A stretch of DNA of 64,000 bases, taken from NCBI GenBank assembly GCA_002269645.1, contig NIVC01002896.1, positions 67,366 through 131,365 on the forward strand. Direction: 5' to 3'. Positions 23,991-36,583 of the stretch are shown piece by piece (positions within the stretch are counted from its first letter, which is position 1; every line of letters begins with the position of its first letter). This DNA is from Macrostomum lignano (lineage: Eukaryota). A program made the translations under genes and the position numbers. Below the pieces are notes generated by a model. That model saw only the letters and a program-made list of their open reading frames with translations. It ran no database searches and was not told where the DNA came from.

Positions 23991-24442
23991 AGACAATTAT
24001 GATTTTTGGCCAGGAAAAGACAGCTATTAAAAAGCAACAAAGTCAAATTCAGGGCTCTAGCAGAAACAGCTGTTGCAAATCTTGAATTGGGGTTCGATTT
24101 TAAAAGCTTCAGACGGGATAAGCCGGTAGCTAGTGTGAAAGTTCGCAGCATGCTTAACCAGCTCGTACCGGATTAGCAAGCAGTTAAACAAACTTTAGAA
24201 CCGTAATCGCTTTATCATGGTTTTGTGCCGTTTTTTAAGCTGGCTAAGTGTGGTAAAATAAAATTTTAAAACCGCTTTTATCGGAAATTATGGTAATCTT
24301 GACAACTGGATTCTCTGCTTTCAGATTTCTTGTATTTTATTGTCCTGCAAATAATCAGCTGAACTCTTTGATCTGATGCAGTGCTGCGTTTCTTAGTAGA
24401 TTTGTGGCATTCAGAAGGTTCTATTTAACAGTCAGACTAGAT

Positions 24443-24765
24443 CTGTCACACCCATCCCTCACTCCATCTGTCACACCCATCCCTCACTCCATCTGTCACA
24501 CCCATCCCTCACTCCATCTGTCACACCCATCCCTCACTCCATCTGTCACACCCATCCCTCACTCCATCTGTCACACCCATCCCTCACTCCATCTGTCACA
24601 CCCATCCCTCACTCCATCTGTCACACCCATCCCTCACTCCATCTGTCACACCCATCCCTCACTCCATCTGTCACACCCATCCCTCACTCCATCTGTCACA
24701 CCCATCCCTCACTCCATCTGTCACACCCATCCCTCACTCCATCTGTCACACCCATCCCTCACTCT
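24443..24765. repeat. 25-bp minisatellite (TCTGTCACACCCATCCCTCACTCCA)n
   Basis: About 13 essentially identical copies. Confidence 0.95.
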
Positions 24766-24910
24766 ATACTATTTATCAAACTTTGGCATGGATTAGCAAC
24801 TGTATGCGCGAACATGTAAATGGCGCTGGCTGGTGCTCCTTAGGCAACAGATGCTCAAAGTTGTATTTATTCAGAGCAGAGTTTATTGAATGTCGCCAAG
24901 CCGATCAGCC

Positions 24911-27627
24911 TCACTTCTCTGCTGCTCCAGCTGCTGCAGTCGTGCTAGATTTGGCTTTGCTCTTGTTTCGGCTATCGTTATTGGCTGGCTTGTGTGCGTA
25001 GGCAGCTGCGCTGCAACAGCAGCAGCAGAATTCCGCAGGCTGAGGCGGCGCGGCTGCGGTGCCAGATACACGCAGGCGAGTCGAGTCCCGCAGCGCTGCC
25101 GCCTCTCGCTTCCATTTGGTGCTTGGTTGACAATGAAATCAGTTTTGGGGTGGGTTTAGGTGCAAGTACAGGGAGGTACTTCTATTGAATTGGATAGCTA
25201 TGATCACAGATATAATAACTATAATCTGTGGCTATGATACACATGAATTTCCCTGTCAGGTATTACACCGAGCTATAGTCAAATGGCGCCTCTCTCAACT
25301 GAAATGGCGCTTTCCTTAACTGAAATGGCGCTTTCCTTAACTGAAATGGCGCTTTCCTTAACTGAAATGGCGCCTCTCTCAACTGAAATGGCGCTTTCCT
25401 TAACTGAAATGGCGCCTCTCTCAACTGAAATGGCGCTTTCCTTAACTGAAATGGCGCCTCTCTCAACTGAAATGGCGCTTTCCTTAACTGAAACGGCGCC
25501 TCTCTCAACTGAGTTCTTTAGTTCCTTAACTTAAAAGGGCGCCCTCTAGACTGAAATGGCGCTCTCCTTAATTGAAATGGCGCCTCTCTCAACTGAAATG
25601 GCGCTTTCCTTAACTGAAATGGCGCCTCTCTCAACTGAAATGGCGCTTTCCTTAACTGAAATGGCGCCTCTCTCAACTGAAATGGCGCTTTCCTTAACTG
25701 AAATGGCGCCTCTCTCAACTGAGTTCTTTAGTTCCTTAACTTAAAAGGGCGCCCTCTGGACTGAAATGGCGCTCTCCTTAATTGAAATGGCGCCTCTCTC
25801 AACTGAAATGGCGCTTTCCTTAACTGAAATGGCGCCTCTCTCAAATGAAATGGCGCTTTCCTTAACTGAAATGGCGCCTCTCTCAACTGAAATGGCGCCT
25901 CTCTCAACTGAAATGGCGCTTTCCTTAACTGAAATGGCGCCTCTCTCAACTGAGTTCTTTAGTTCCTTAACTTAAAAGGGCGCCCTCTAGACTGAAATGG
26001 CGCTCTCCTTAACTGAAATGGCGCCCCTCACCCAAAATGGCACCCCTCAACTGAAATGGCGCCCCTTCAACTGAAATGGCGCCCTCTCAATAGAACTGGC
26101 GCTCCCTCAACTAAAGTAGCGCCCCCTCAGCTGAAATAAAGCACCATCAAATGAAATGTCGCCCCACTGCAAGCTTCCCATATTACTGAATCGCAAATCA
26201 CATTGCGGAATATTTTATACCCTGTGGCACCCTGATCTATGGGAGAATAAGTGCAGAAATTTTTAAGGACAAGAACGCGCCGCTAAACTGAACCCCAGTC
26301 ACCTCGACAGCCCGCATCTGTCGGTCACTCACCGCCGGTTCTGGTACCAGGTCTTCACCTGGACGTCGCTGAGGCGCAATCCGGCCGCTAGCCGGTTTCG
26401 GTCAGCCAGGCTCAGGTATTTCCGCTGGCTGAATGCTCGCTCGAGTCCACTTAGCTGCGCCTCGGTGAATGCGGTGCGAGCTTTGCGCTGCTTCCGTTGC
26501 CATGGCAATGCGGCCGCCACGGTGCCATTAGCTGACTTTGATTTCAGCGAAGCGGCTGGTTGATGGATGCGGCGTAGCAATGCTTTTCATGGGCTGACAT
26601 GACCATGTGAGCAATGAGCCCTATGAGCACTTGACCACCTGAGCAATGAGCCCTATGAGCACTTGACCATGTGAGCAATGAGCCCTATGATCACTTGACC
26701 ACCTGAGCAATGAACCCTATGAGCACTTGACCACCTGAGCAATGAGCTCTATGAGCACTTGACCATGTGAGCAATGAGCCCTATGAGCACTTGACCATGT
26801 GAGCAATGAGCCCTATGAGCACTTGACCATGTGAGCAATGAGCCCTATGAGCACTTGACCATGTGAGCAATGAGCCCTATGAGCACTTGACCACCTGAGC
26901 AATGAGCCCTATGAGCACTTGACCACCTGAGCAATGAGCCCTATGAGCACTTGACCATGTGAGCAATGAGCCCTATGAGCACTTGACCATGTGAGCAATG
27001 AGCCCTTTGAGCACTTGACCATGTGAGTAATGAGCCCTATGAGCACTTGACCATGTGAGCAATGAGCCCTATGAGCACTTGACCATGTGAGCAATGAGCC
27101 CTATGAGCACGACCATGTGAGCAATGAGCCCTATGAGCACTTGACCATGTGAGTAATGAGCCCTATGAGCACTTGACCATGTGAGCAATGAGCCCTATGA
27201 GCACTTGACCACCTGAGCAATGAGCCCTATGAGCACTTGACCACCTGAGCAATGAGCCCTATGAGCATTTGGACAATCATTCTACAAGCATATTGGGAGG
27301 GTTTGACATCCTAAGCGATTAATTCTCTTTGAGCGATAGGAAAGAGATCTGAAACTTTGATAATTCTTCTATTTGAAGCATAATCCTTGATCTTTCCTTT
27401 GCTATTTGCTCATCCATCAGAGCTTGTAAATTGACCAATAATCAGAACCAGAGATGTAACTCACCGGTACGCCATGCTGTACTGTCGGCCTCGTCCAGCA
27501 GATCCTTGATCATGAAGCTCCGCTTTCTTTGGCCCGACTGCCGCTTCATCTGGTCACCGCTATTCGCGGCTGTCTTTTCAAGACTCTGCTGCATTTTGTC
27601 CTTGACAGACTGGGACTGCAATGCCAT
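24911..27627 (-). CDS. barhl: BarH-like homeobox transcription factor, 198 aa; exons 27627-27465, 26555-26333, 25121-24911
   Basis: eh1 motif FMIKDLL; homeodomain [25 protein letters not shown]|TKWKR with the Bar-class WYQNRR. Splice phases 1 and 2 are consistent and the total of 597 nt is in frame. Confidence 0.92.
25280..26165. repeat. 21-bp minisatellite with higher-order structure in BarH intron 2
   Basis: (AACTGAAATGGCGCTTTCCTT)n; an interrupting block recurs at about 25510, 25720 and 25950. Confidence 0.95.
26598..27268. repeat. 32-bp minisatellite in BarH intron 1
   Basis: (GAGCAATGAGCCCTATGAGCACTTGACCATGT)n, about 21 copies. Confidence 0.95.
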
Positions 27628-27884
27628 TTTTCCGTCCGGTATACAAGCGGCTCAGCTTGTAGGCTATCACGATTTTGTGACAGCCAATTGCGCAGATTGT
27701 GGCTCAACAGTCGGACAAAACGCGTGCTTGCTTTACGTGTGCGGGTCCTTCTACGTGTGCGGGTGCGGGTGCTTTAGTTTCCATGACTACTCTACGAGCT
27801 AGAACAAGTAGTCACTAGCGGATATAATTGTGGTATTCGGTGCACACTAATTATGTAATACTTTACTTTAGTAACCATGTGTCT

Positions 27885-29590
27885 CAGCCTACAGTATGGA
27901 TGTGTCTCAGCCTACAGTATGGATGTGTCTCAGCCTACAGTATTGATGTGTCTCAGCCTACAGTATTGATGTGTCTCAATCTACAGTATTGATGTGTCTC
28001 AGCCTACAGTATGGATGTGTCTCAATCTACAGTATTGATGTGTCTCAGCCTACAGTAATGATGTGTCTCAATCTACAGTATTGATGTGTCTCAATCTCAA
28101 CTAATAATGTGTCTCAGCCTACAGTATGGATGTCTCAGCCTACAGTATGGATGTGTCTCAATCTGCAGTAATGATGTGTCTTAATCTACAGTAATGATGT
28201 GTCTCAATCTACAGTAATGATGTGTCTCAATCTACAGTATTGATGTGTCTCAGCCTACAGTATGGATGTGTCTCAGCCTACAGTATTGATGTGTCTCAGC
28301 CTACAGTATTGATGTGTCTCAATCTACAGTATTGATGTGTCTCAGCCTACAGTATGGATGTGTCTCAATCTACAGTATTGATGTGTCTCAGCCTACAGTA
28401 ATGATGTGTCTCAATCTACAGTATTGATGTGTCTCAATCTCAACTAATAATGTGTCTCAGCCTACAGTATGGATGTCTCAGCCTACAGTATGGATGTGTC
28501 TCAATCTGCAGTAATGATGTGTCTTAATCTACAGTAATGATGTGTCTCAATCTACAGTAATGATGTGTCTCAATCTACAGTATTGATGTGTCTCAGCCTA
28601 CAGTATGGATGTGTCTCAATCTACAGTATTGATGTGTCTCAGCCTACAGTAATGATGTGTCTCAATCTACAGTATTGATGTGTCTCAATCTACAGTATTG
28701 ATGTGTCTCAATCTACAGTATGGATGTGTCTCAATCTACAGTATGGATGTGTCTCAATCTACAGTAATGATGTGTCTCAATCTACAGTATTGATGTGTCT
28801 CAGCCTACAGTATGGATGTGTCAGCCTACAGTATGGATGTGTCTCAATCTACAGTATTGATGTGTCTCAATCTACAGTATTGATGTGTCTCAATCTACAG
28901 TATTGATGTGTCTCAATCTACAGTATTGATGTGTCTCAATCTACAGTATGGATGTGTCTCAATCTACAGTATTGATGTGTCTCAATCTACAGTAATGATG
29001 TGTCTCAATCTGCAGTAATGATGTGTCTCAATCTACAGTATTGATGTGTCTCAATCTGCAGTAATGATGTGTCTCAATCTACAGTATTGATGTGTCTCAG
29101 CCTACAGTATGGATGTGTCTCAATCTACAGTATTGATGTGTCTCAATCTACAGTATGGATGTGTCTCAATCTACAGTATGGATGTGTCTCAATCTACAGT
29201 ATGGATGTGTCTCAATCTACAGTAATGATGTGTCTCAATCTACAGTATGGATGTGTCTCAATCTACAGTAATGATGTGTCTCAATCTACAGTATGGATGT
29301 GTCTCAATCTACAGTATGGATGTGTCTTAATCTACAGTATTGATGTGTCTCAGCCTACAGTAATAATGTGTCTCAGCCTACAGTAATGATGTGTCTCAAT
29401 CTACAGTAATGATGTGTCTTAATCTACAGTATTGATGTGTCTCAATCTCCAGTATTGATGTGTCTTAATCTCCAGTAATGATGTGTCTCAGCCTACAGTA
29501 TGGATGTGTCTCAATCTACAGTAATGATGTGTCTTAATCTACAGTATTGATGTGTCTCAATCTCCAGTATTCATGTGTCTCAATCTCGAG
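27885..29590. repeat. 23-bp minisatellite (TGTCTCAATCTACAGTATTGATG)n, first block
   Basis: About 70 copies, with an internal ~343-bp duplication marked at 28091/28434. Confidence 0.95.
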
Positions 29591-30184
29591 TAATGGCCGG
29601 TCCTAACCAACAGTATTGCTGCTTCTAAATTTTAAGCAATACATTTTAAGAATATTGGATGGATGCATTTCAATTTCAAGTTTGAGTTGAGTACTCTACT
29701 CATCAATTGGAGAAAGTAGCGAGTAGAGAATATAACTGCCGTATCCGGTGCACATTAAAAATATTCACGGAAAGCCGCAGTTTCAATCGCTTCTGCAACC
29801 TCACGAACTCGGAAGGTCTTTACGGTTTCCAATCTGCTGAGCGATTGTCACGTGTCACTCCGTCATCGCTCCGGGGGGTTGGAGAACTCTGCAGACCATG
29901 CTTGGAGCTCTATAGCTTATCACCATGGTGTAACCATGCGCCCCAGCGATCCGTGATCAGAGACAGGCCGCAGCAGTACTTCTCTGAGCTGTCGGGTGAT
30001 AAACTGGGCTCATTAATCAGAAGGCGCAGGGCGACTGCAAGTTTCCTGTTTGAGAGGGCCGCACCGCAGCTCACGCGATGCCTGCTCGACCTCTTAATCT
30101 GCAAGGGAAGTGACTGGAGAGCGACCGAGCAGCCGATTGCATGACAACAAAGGTCAGATGTGTCTCCGTCATCTACCTCTACCT

Positions 30185-30400
30185 GGGGTGTCTCAATCTC
30201 CAGTAATGATGTGTCTCAATCTGCAATAATGATGTGTCTCAATCTCCAGTAATGATGTGTCTCAATCTCCAGTAATGATGTGTCTCAATCTCCAGTAATG
30301 ATGTGTCTCAATCTGCAGTAATGATGTGTCTCAATCTGCAGTAATGATGTGTCTCAATCTGCAGTAATGATGTGTCTCAATCTGGAGTCTAATGTGTCCT
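30185..30400. repeat. 23-bp minisatellite, second block of the same family
   Basis: Same unit resumes after ~600 bp of unique sequence. Confidence 0.9.
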
Positions 30401-31506
30401 AGTCTTTAGAAATTGTGTCACAATGGAGTCGATGTGTCAATTGCTCTTCTGAAAGTCGAACCAGACTGAAGATGAAGTCGCAAGCATAACAGCATTTGGC
30501 ACTATTTTATCAGCGATTTGTCTGCTTTTGTAAAACATTCTTTAGAAACCTTTTAAGAGGCCCAGCTTCTTTTAAAGAAAGCAGACAGGTGCAAAATCGT
30601 ATGGTCTGTCAGTTATTTTTTATTAGCTGAGGCCTTCCCTGTGACTGAGGGGTCCCTAGGATAGCAGCAGACCTTTGCGTTGCCTGAATTCTGTTCCTTT
30701 TGCTGGCGCTTCAAGCTCTATTGGCCTCACCTTTAAAGGTGCATTCCGTCTGTTCCGCAAAAGCGATAGCTACGAATATAACAATCGACAATCTACATTT
30801 CATCCTCTCCTGGCCAATTATTAGGTAAATAATTAGATTCGGAAAAATACAGACACTTTTGCCCATTTCCAGCCACTTGTAACTACATTTAACCTTCAAT
30901 TGACCTCTTGAGCTGAAATATATAGTTTAGCTGTACGTCTCTGCGTTAAAAACTAGCCAATTCAGCGCTTTAATTTGGGCATTCAAAAATTTATTTAATC
31001 TTGTGGAAGGTCAAAACTGGATGACAGAAACAGACAAACTGCTGTAACGGTTACAGCGAATCAAGTTGCAGTTGATTTTTTAAGCCTCTTCGACCGCTGA
31101 TTCGCTGAAGGACCAGCAGGGTGGGGGGGGGGTGTGGTACTGGCTAATAGCTGCTTAAAAAGTAGCGGAGCTCCGATCTGTAAAGTGCTCTAAATCTGTT
31201 TTCCAGCACAGCGGCATCGATTTTCCGAATTCTCAAAACAGCAACCTTTTTTTCTGCGCCAGCTGGCAAGCGTTGTGAGTTTCACTTGAATTTGGTTCTG
31301 GCCTCTCTACTCTCTGTGTACTCCGTGGGGCTCTGTGATCGTTGCTGGGACTCAAAGTGGATTTTCTAATGCGTGTCTTATGCATGCGGCTGAGCTCACT
31401 TGCGACTCCGAGTGGAAGTTCAACCACCGAGTCTGCTTATCTATCGAGTGCTCTTCACCTGAACATCGCTTCCCCTGATCACGACCGAGTGCTCCATTCC
31501 GCCTGC

Positions 31507-31778
31507 GACTGACTGACTGACTGACTGACTGACTGACTGACTGACTGACTGACTGACTGACTGACTGACTGACTGACTGACTGACTGACTGACTGACTGA
31601 CTGACTGACTGACTGACTGACTGACTGACTGACTGACTGACTGACTGACTGACTGACTGACTGACTGACTGACTGACTGACTGACTGACTGACTGACTGA
31701 CTGACTGACTGACTGACTGACTGACTGACTGACTGACTGACTGACTGACTGACTGACTGACTGACTGACTGACTGACT
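31507..31778. repeat. (GACT)n microsatellite
   Basis: About 68 perfect units. Confidence 0.98.
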
Positions 31779-32456
31779 AAGACACAAGACAAGATGTAAA
31801 GAAATCAATAATTCCAACTGATTGAGCCTTCGCTAACAAAAGTACAGACACCAGCACCCAATACCTGGAACAAGCTATTGAAGGGAAAAATCAAACAGCG
31901 GTGATTGAAGCCGAGATGAAAGAGCTGCACATCCCAATGTGATGCAGCACAGTTGGCCGCACAAACAGCTGCTTTGAGAGCCTTGAGGCGCACTTAGCGG
32001 CGGCTAGCGGCAGGCGGACAGACAGGCAGGCAGACAGCCACAGAAGGCAGATGCCCCAGGGACTCAGTGGAAGTGGAAGGCAATTGTAGCGAGGCCACTT
32101 GGCCCAATTCCGCGGCCATGTGAGCTGTTATTATTGTCCGTCTCTTAATTCCTAGAGCTGCGGCTACGCATGATGAGGACCTGCTCTCGTGTTGCTATGG
32201 GGAATCGCGCTACATGAGAGAGCGCGGAACACAGAATGATGAACTGCCCGAACTTTACTGCTCAGAGAAGGAACTGAGCAGCCCCGGCTGAGGCAGGAAT
32301 AGTTGCAATCAAGTCCGCTGTAGCCAGCTGAAATTGAATTCCAGCTGGCCAACTGGGGCCTCTCGGAATCCACGGCTTATTAATGCGAAACTTGCCAAAT
32401 ACCTGCCAGCTTACTGAGTGCAAGTGTAGGTCTCTGTGGGTTCTATGGCTCTACAC

Positions 32457-33250
<794 letters not shown>

Positions 33251-34076
33251 ACAGTGGACCCTAAAGTTACATTATGTAGCCGAGTTCCCATTCAGAATGG
33301 AAACCTGAAGCCGAAATTTCACTGAAGTCCAGCATCATTAAAAGCACTGAGGAAGCTTCATCGACCAGTGCACGAAAGCAGCAGCCACCCAGTTGAGTTG
33401 TCGGACACTTTGCTAAGATAGCAGCTACAACAGGAGTAGCCGAGCTTTTGTAAATGTTTACTTGTTAATCCGTTAATAAGGGTACTTGTGCATAGATACC
33501 ATTAGTATTATGAGTAGTACTATACATACACATATGTAAATACAGTGCATGTGTATCACATAGTCATATGGTACATCTGAGAAGCAGGTGCAGGTACGAG
33601 TAGATAAACTTAAAATGCTGCAACTGAAATGCGCCGGGGTTACAAGCGGAGCGGGCAGTCTAACTGAGCGACACAATTTTGCAACAGAAATAATAACCGA
33701 GAATTAAACAAAACGTCTGACAGAGTTGAGTACGCTGCTCAGAAATGAATGATTCTTCCTGGTCGGAGTCGGTAGTGTTTGAAGATATGCTCACTTGCTG
33801 CTGCGGTTGCTAAGGGTAAAGAATGAAATGAATGGCCTAGGACTTTCAAAGCAAACGGACTTGAGCTGCCTCTCTCTCTCTCTCTCTCTCTCTCTCGCTC
33901 GGTTTCTCCTATGTAAATAATAAGTGCACGGCTGTCGCACTGCGGCCGACTAAAGACCCCCCCTCCCCCGACCACTCATCCCAGATCCAGTCGCATTTCC
34001 CGAGACCGCGGTTTCTTGATATTGAGTTGATTCCAGATGAAGTCGGTCGGGGGTCGGGGGGGGGGGCTCTGGGTGC

Positions 34077-35027
34077 TCAGCAGCATTGGCAACGGTTCAG
34101 CCAGCCCGTCAGCGCCTCTTTGACCTTCGCACCGACCCCGGACTTTCGCCCGTCGTCGCCCTTCGCCTTGCCGACTCCGCTGTCTTCGACGTCGCCGTCT
34201 CCGCAGCCGCTGGACGAGTCGGGACTCGGGCCGGCCGGCAGCTCGCCAGCTGGGCCCGGCCGCGGACCTCCAAGCGGCCGGCTGTGCCTCTCCGTGAGCT
34301 CCTTGGCCACCTCCAGCATCATGGCGTCGACCTCGACGTTCTCGTCGTCGGCCAAGACGCTGAGGCAGAAGATTGGCGCAGCTGAGGCGGCCAGCTGCCT
34401 TGCGGCGGACAGGGTGGCGGTGTGCTGCCCGAGGTCGGTCTTGTTGCCCACCAGCACCAGCATCGGGCGCGGCGGGCCGCAGGTCTCGGCCAGTGCGCAC
34501 CATCTGCCCAGCTCGTGGGTGCAGTCGCGCGACGCGTCAAAGACGATGAACAACGCGTGCAGGAAGCGCAGCTGCCTGTCCAGGCCGGTTTCCAGGGTGG
34601 CCCGGCCTGGCGTGTCCCAGCACTGGAAGGTCACGTGATGCCTACCGATGGCTACGGCTTTGGATCGCGGAGCGGCCGACAAAGTCTCTGTGTAGCCGTC
34701 GCTGAACTGACTGTGGGTGAAGCGGCAGATCAGTTTGGTCTTGCCGACCCGGCTCGGACCGGCGAACGCCACAGTGAAGTGCCAGTTCCGGCCCTCCTGC
34801 GGTGGCGGTAGAGGCTGCAGCGGCAGCGGCTGCTGAGTGATGCTGGCGCTGCCGGCCGAGTGCAACTGAAACTCTTGAACTGGTGGCTCTCCTGCTGGAT
34901 CTGCCAACGGTTCTTCAACTGGTGTTTCCTCATCTGACGCAGCTTCGGTTTGTTGCTGTTGCTGGTCTGGCTGCTCGTCTGGCTGCTGTGGCATGACAAG
35001 TTCTTCCACTGTATCCGGCTCAGGCAT
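34077..35027 (-). CDS. Divergent Rab-like small GTPase with acidic N-terminal extension, intronless, 316 aa
   Basis: G1 GPSRVGKT, G3 WDTPGR, G4 GNKTDL and a C-terminal CQCC prenylation-type motif. Confidence 0.85.
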   Translation of the reverse strand: MPEPDTVEELVMPQQPDEQPDQQQQQTEAASDEETPVEEPLADPAGEPPVQEFQLHSAGSASITQQPLPLQPLPPPQEGRNWHFTVAFAGPSRVGKTKLICRFTHSQFSDGYTETLSAAPRSKAVAIGRHHVTFQCWDTPGRATLETGLDRQLRFLHALFIVFDASRDCTHELGRWCALAETCGPPRPMLVLVGNKTDLGQHTATLSAARQLAASAAPIFCLSVLADDENVEVDAMMLEVAKELTERHSRPLGGPRPGPAGELPAGPSPDSSSGCGDGDVEDSGVGKAKGDDGRKSGVGAKVKEALTGWLNRCQCC

Positions 35028-36059
35028 AGCTCTTCTTCTACACTTCTAGAAGGCAACAGACAGCCAGAGAGCAACCTTTTAGCTTATTGAATAATAATGG
35101 GTTCTATAGCAAGTACTCGAGCTGAGTATTTGAGACCTGATGGGGAATAAACAAGCTGGTTAAGCAGAGCATTGAGCTGTCTATGGGCAAAAGCTCCCAT
35201 GCCTCCTCGTCTTGGAAATCCTCCATGCACTTGGGGATTAGCGACTGTCATGTTTTAAGTCTTGAGTTGGGGTGCCCAGTTTCCACGGTGCAGGAACCAA
35301 CAATTCGATCGAAATTGAGCCCCGAGACTTAACGCACTTTTCCCGCTTTGCTATTGGAAAGAAGCCTCCCGTAATTAATGCTCACCGCGGCCATTATCAA
35401 CTCGTCTTACAGCCTGCAACTGGAGACTCTGGCGGAAAACTATGCTCATAATTATCCTGCTTCTCGTCTCTCTCAATCATGTGCCTCTCTAGTTGTATAA
35501 AATATTCTTCTCTGACTGGGAGGCCTGGGGCAGCTGGATAGTGAGATGAAGACAGGCCTTTTTGAATTTTGGCTCAGGCCATCCCTCGGATGCGTGACGG
35601 GGCGCCTGTGTTTGCTCCGCCAGCAATGGCAAACACGAAAACTTCTTCAAGGCCAGCCTTCACACTCTTGAGCTGCCTGCCATGAAATCCTCTCTACCAT
35701 GAAAAGAGCTCACTGAACAGGTGACTGCCAATTCACCAATATGCCCTTTGTTGCAATAGCAGTGCGGAGCGTCAGAGAATAGGCGCGCACAATGAATTGT
35801 ACTGTAGGCTAAGGAGCATCTCTGCTGTATTCAAGGAAAGGTCGCTCACGAGGTTTGTACAGACAGCAGCCCGGTGCACTTTTACGCACTTGGGCCCTGG
35901 GCTTTTTCACGCATTTATTAGTCAGAGATTTCTGAAAATGTAAACTTATAAAAGCGAAATCCTTGCTGGTCTACTCACTCCACGATTCTCAAGTATTTTG
36001 TATGTATAATTTAGAAGTCCTTAACGGCTAATGATGGCAAGTTCTGTATGCAATTCTTT

Positions 36060-36350
36060 GAATTGATTGCACCTGCCCCAATTGGGCCAGTTGTGCAACC
36101 GACAGCTCAGCCGCAGCTATTGCGCGGCGCATCTGAAGGCTGCGTACGGCTGTTCAGTCCAAGGACTGGGGGGTCGCCACACACCCTCAATTACCCCAGC
36201 TAATGCTGGCACCCATTTTACAGCTGGGTGAACTGAAGCAATGCAGAGTTAAGTGTCTTGCTCAAGGATATAAATTGTTCCTGGGTCGGGAATCGAACCC
36301 CCGACCTTTCAGTCGTGAGTCCCATGCTTTAACCACTAGGCTACAACCCC
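36060..36350 (-). mobile_element. tRNA-derived SINE with a CORE (MIR-like) domain
   Basis: Minus strand: A box TAGCCTAGTGG, B box GGTTCGATTCC, then CCTTGAGCAAGACACTTAAC..CAGTTCACCCAGCTGTAAAATGGG, which resembles the MIR CORE. Confidence 0.75.
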
Positions 36351-36583
36351 TTGTAGGCAATCTGTATGCAAAGACTACTAAAATACTATGGACATGTAGA
36401 GCAAAACTTATAGGCCGACGAGCTTTCAACTTTTATTATCATGGACTTCTAAAAATAGCGCCTGGACTAAACTTCCCATTTTGGCAGTGGTGCTTCCAGT
36501 CCAGGTACTTATAGCTTTAGAAGTCCACGCTAATGGACAATCCAACCCCGTAATCAGCTCTCCAGTTCGACCCGCCAAAACCG

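Noticed and set aside
36275-36350. tRNA gene
   Set aside because: A and B boxes are present, but the sequence continues into a CORE-like body and I could not build a cloverleaf. It is better read as a SINE head.
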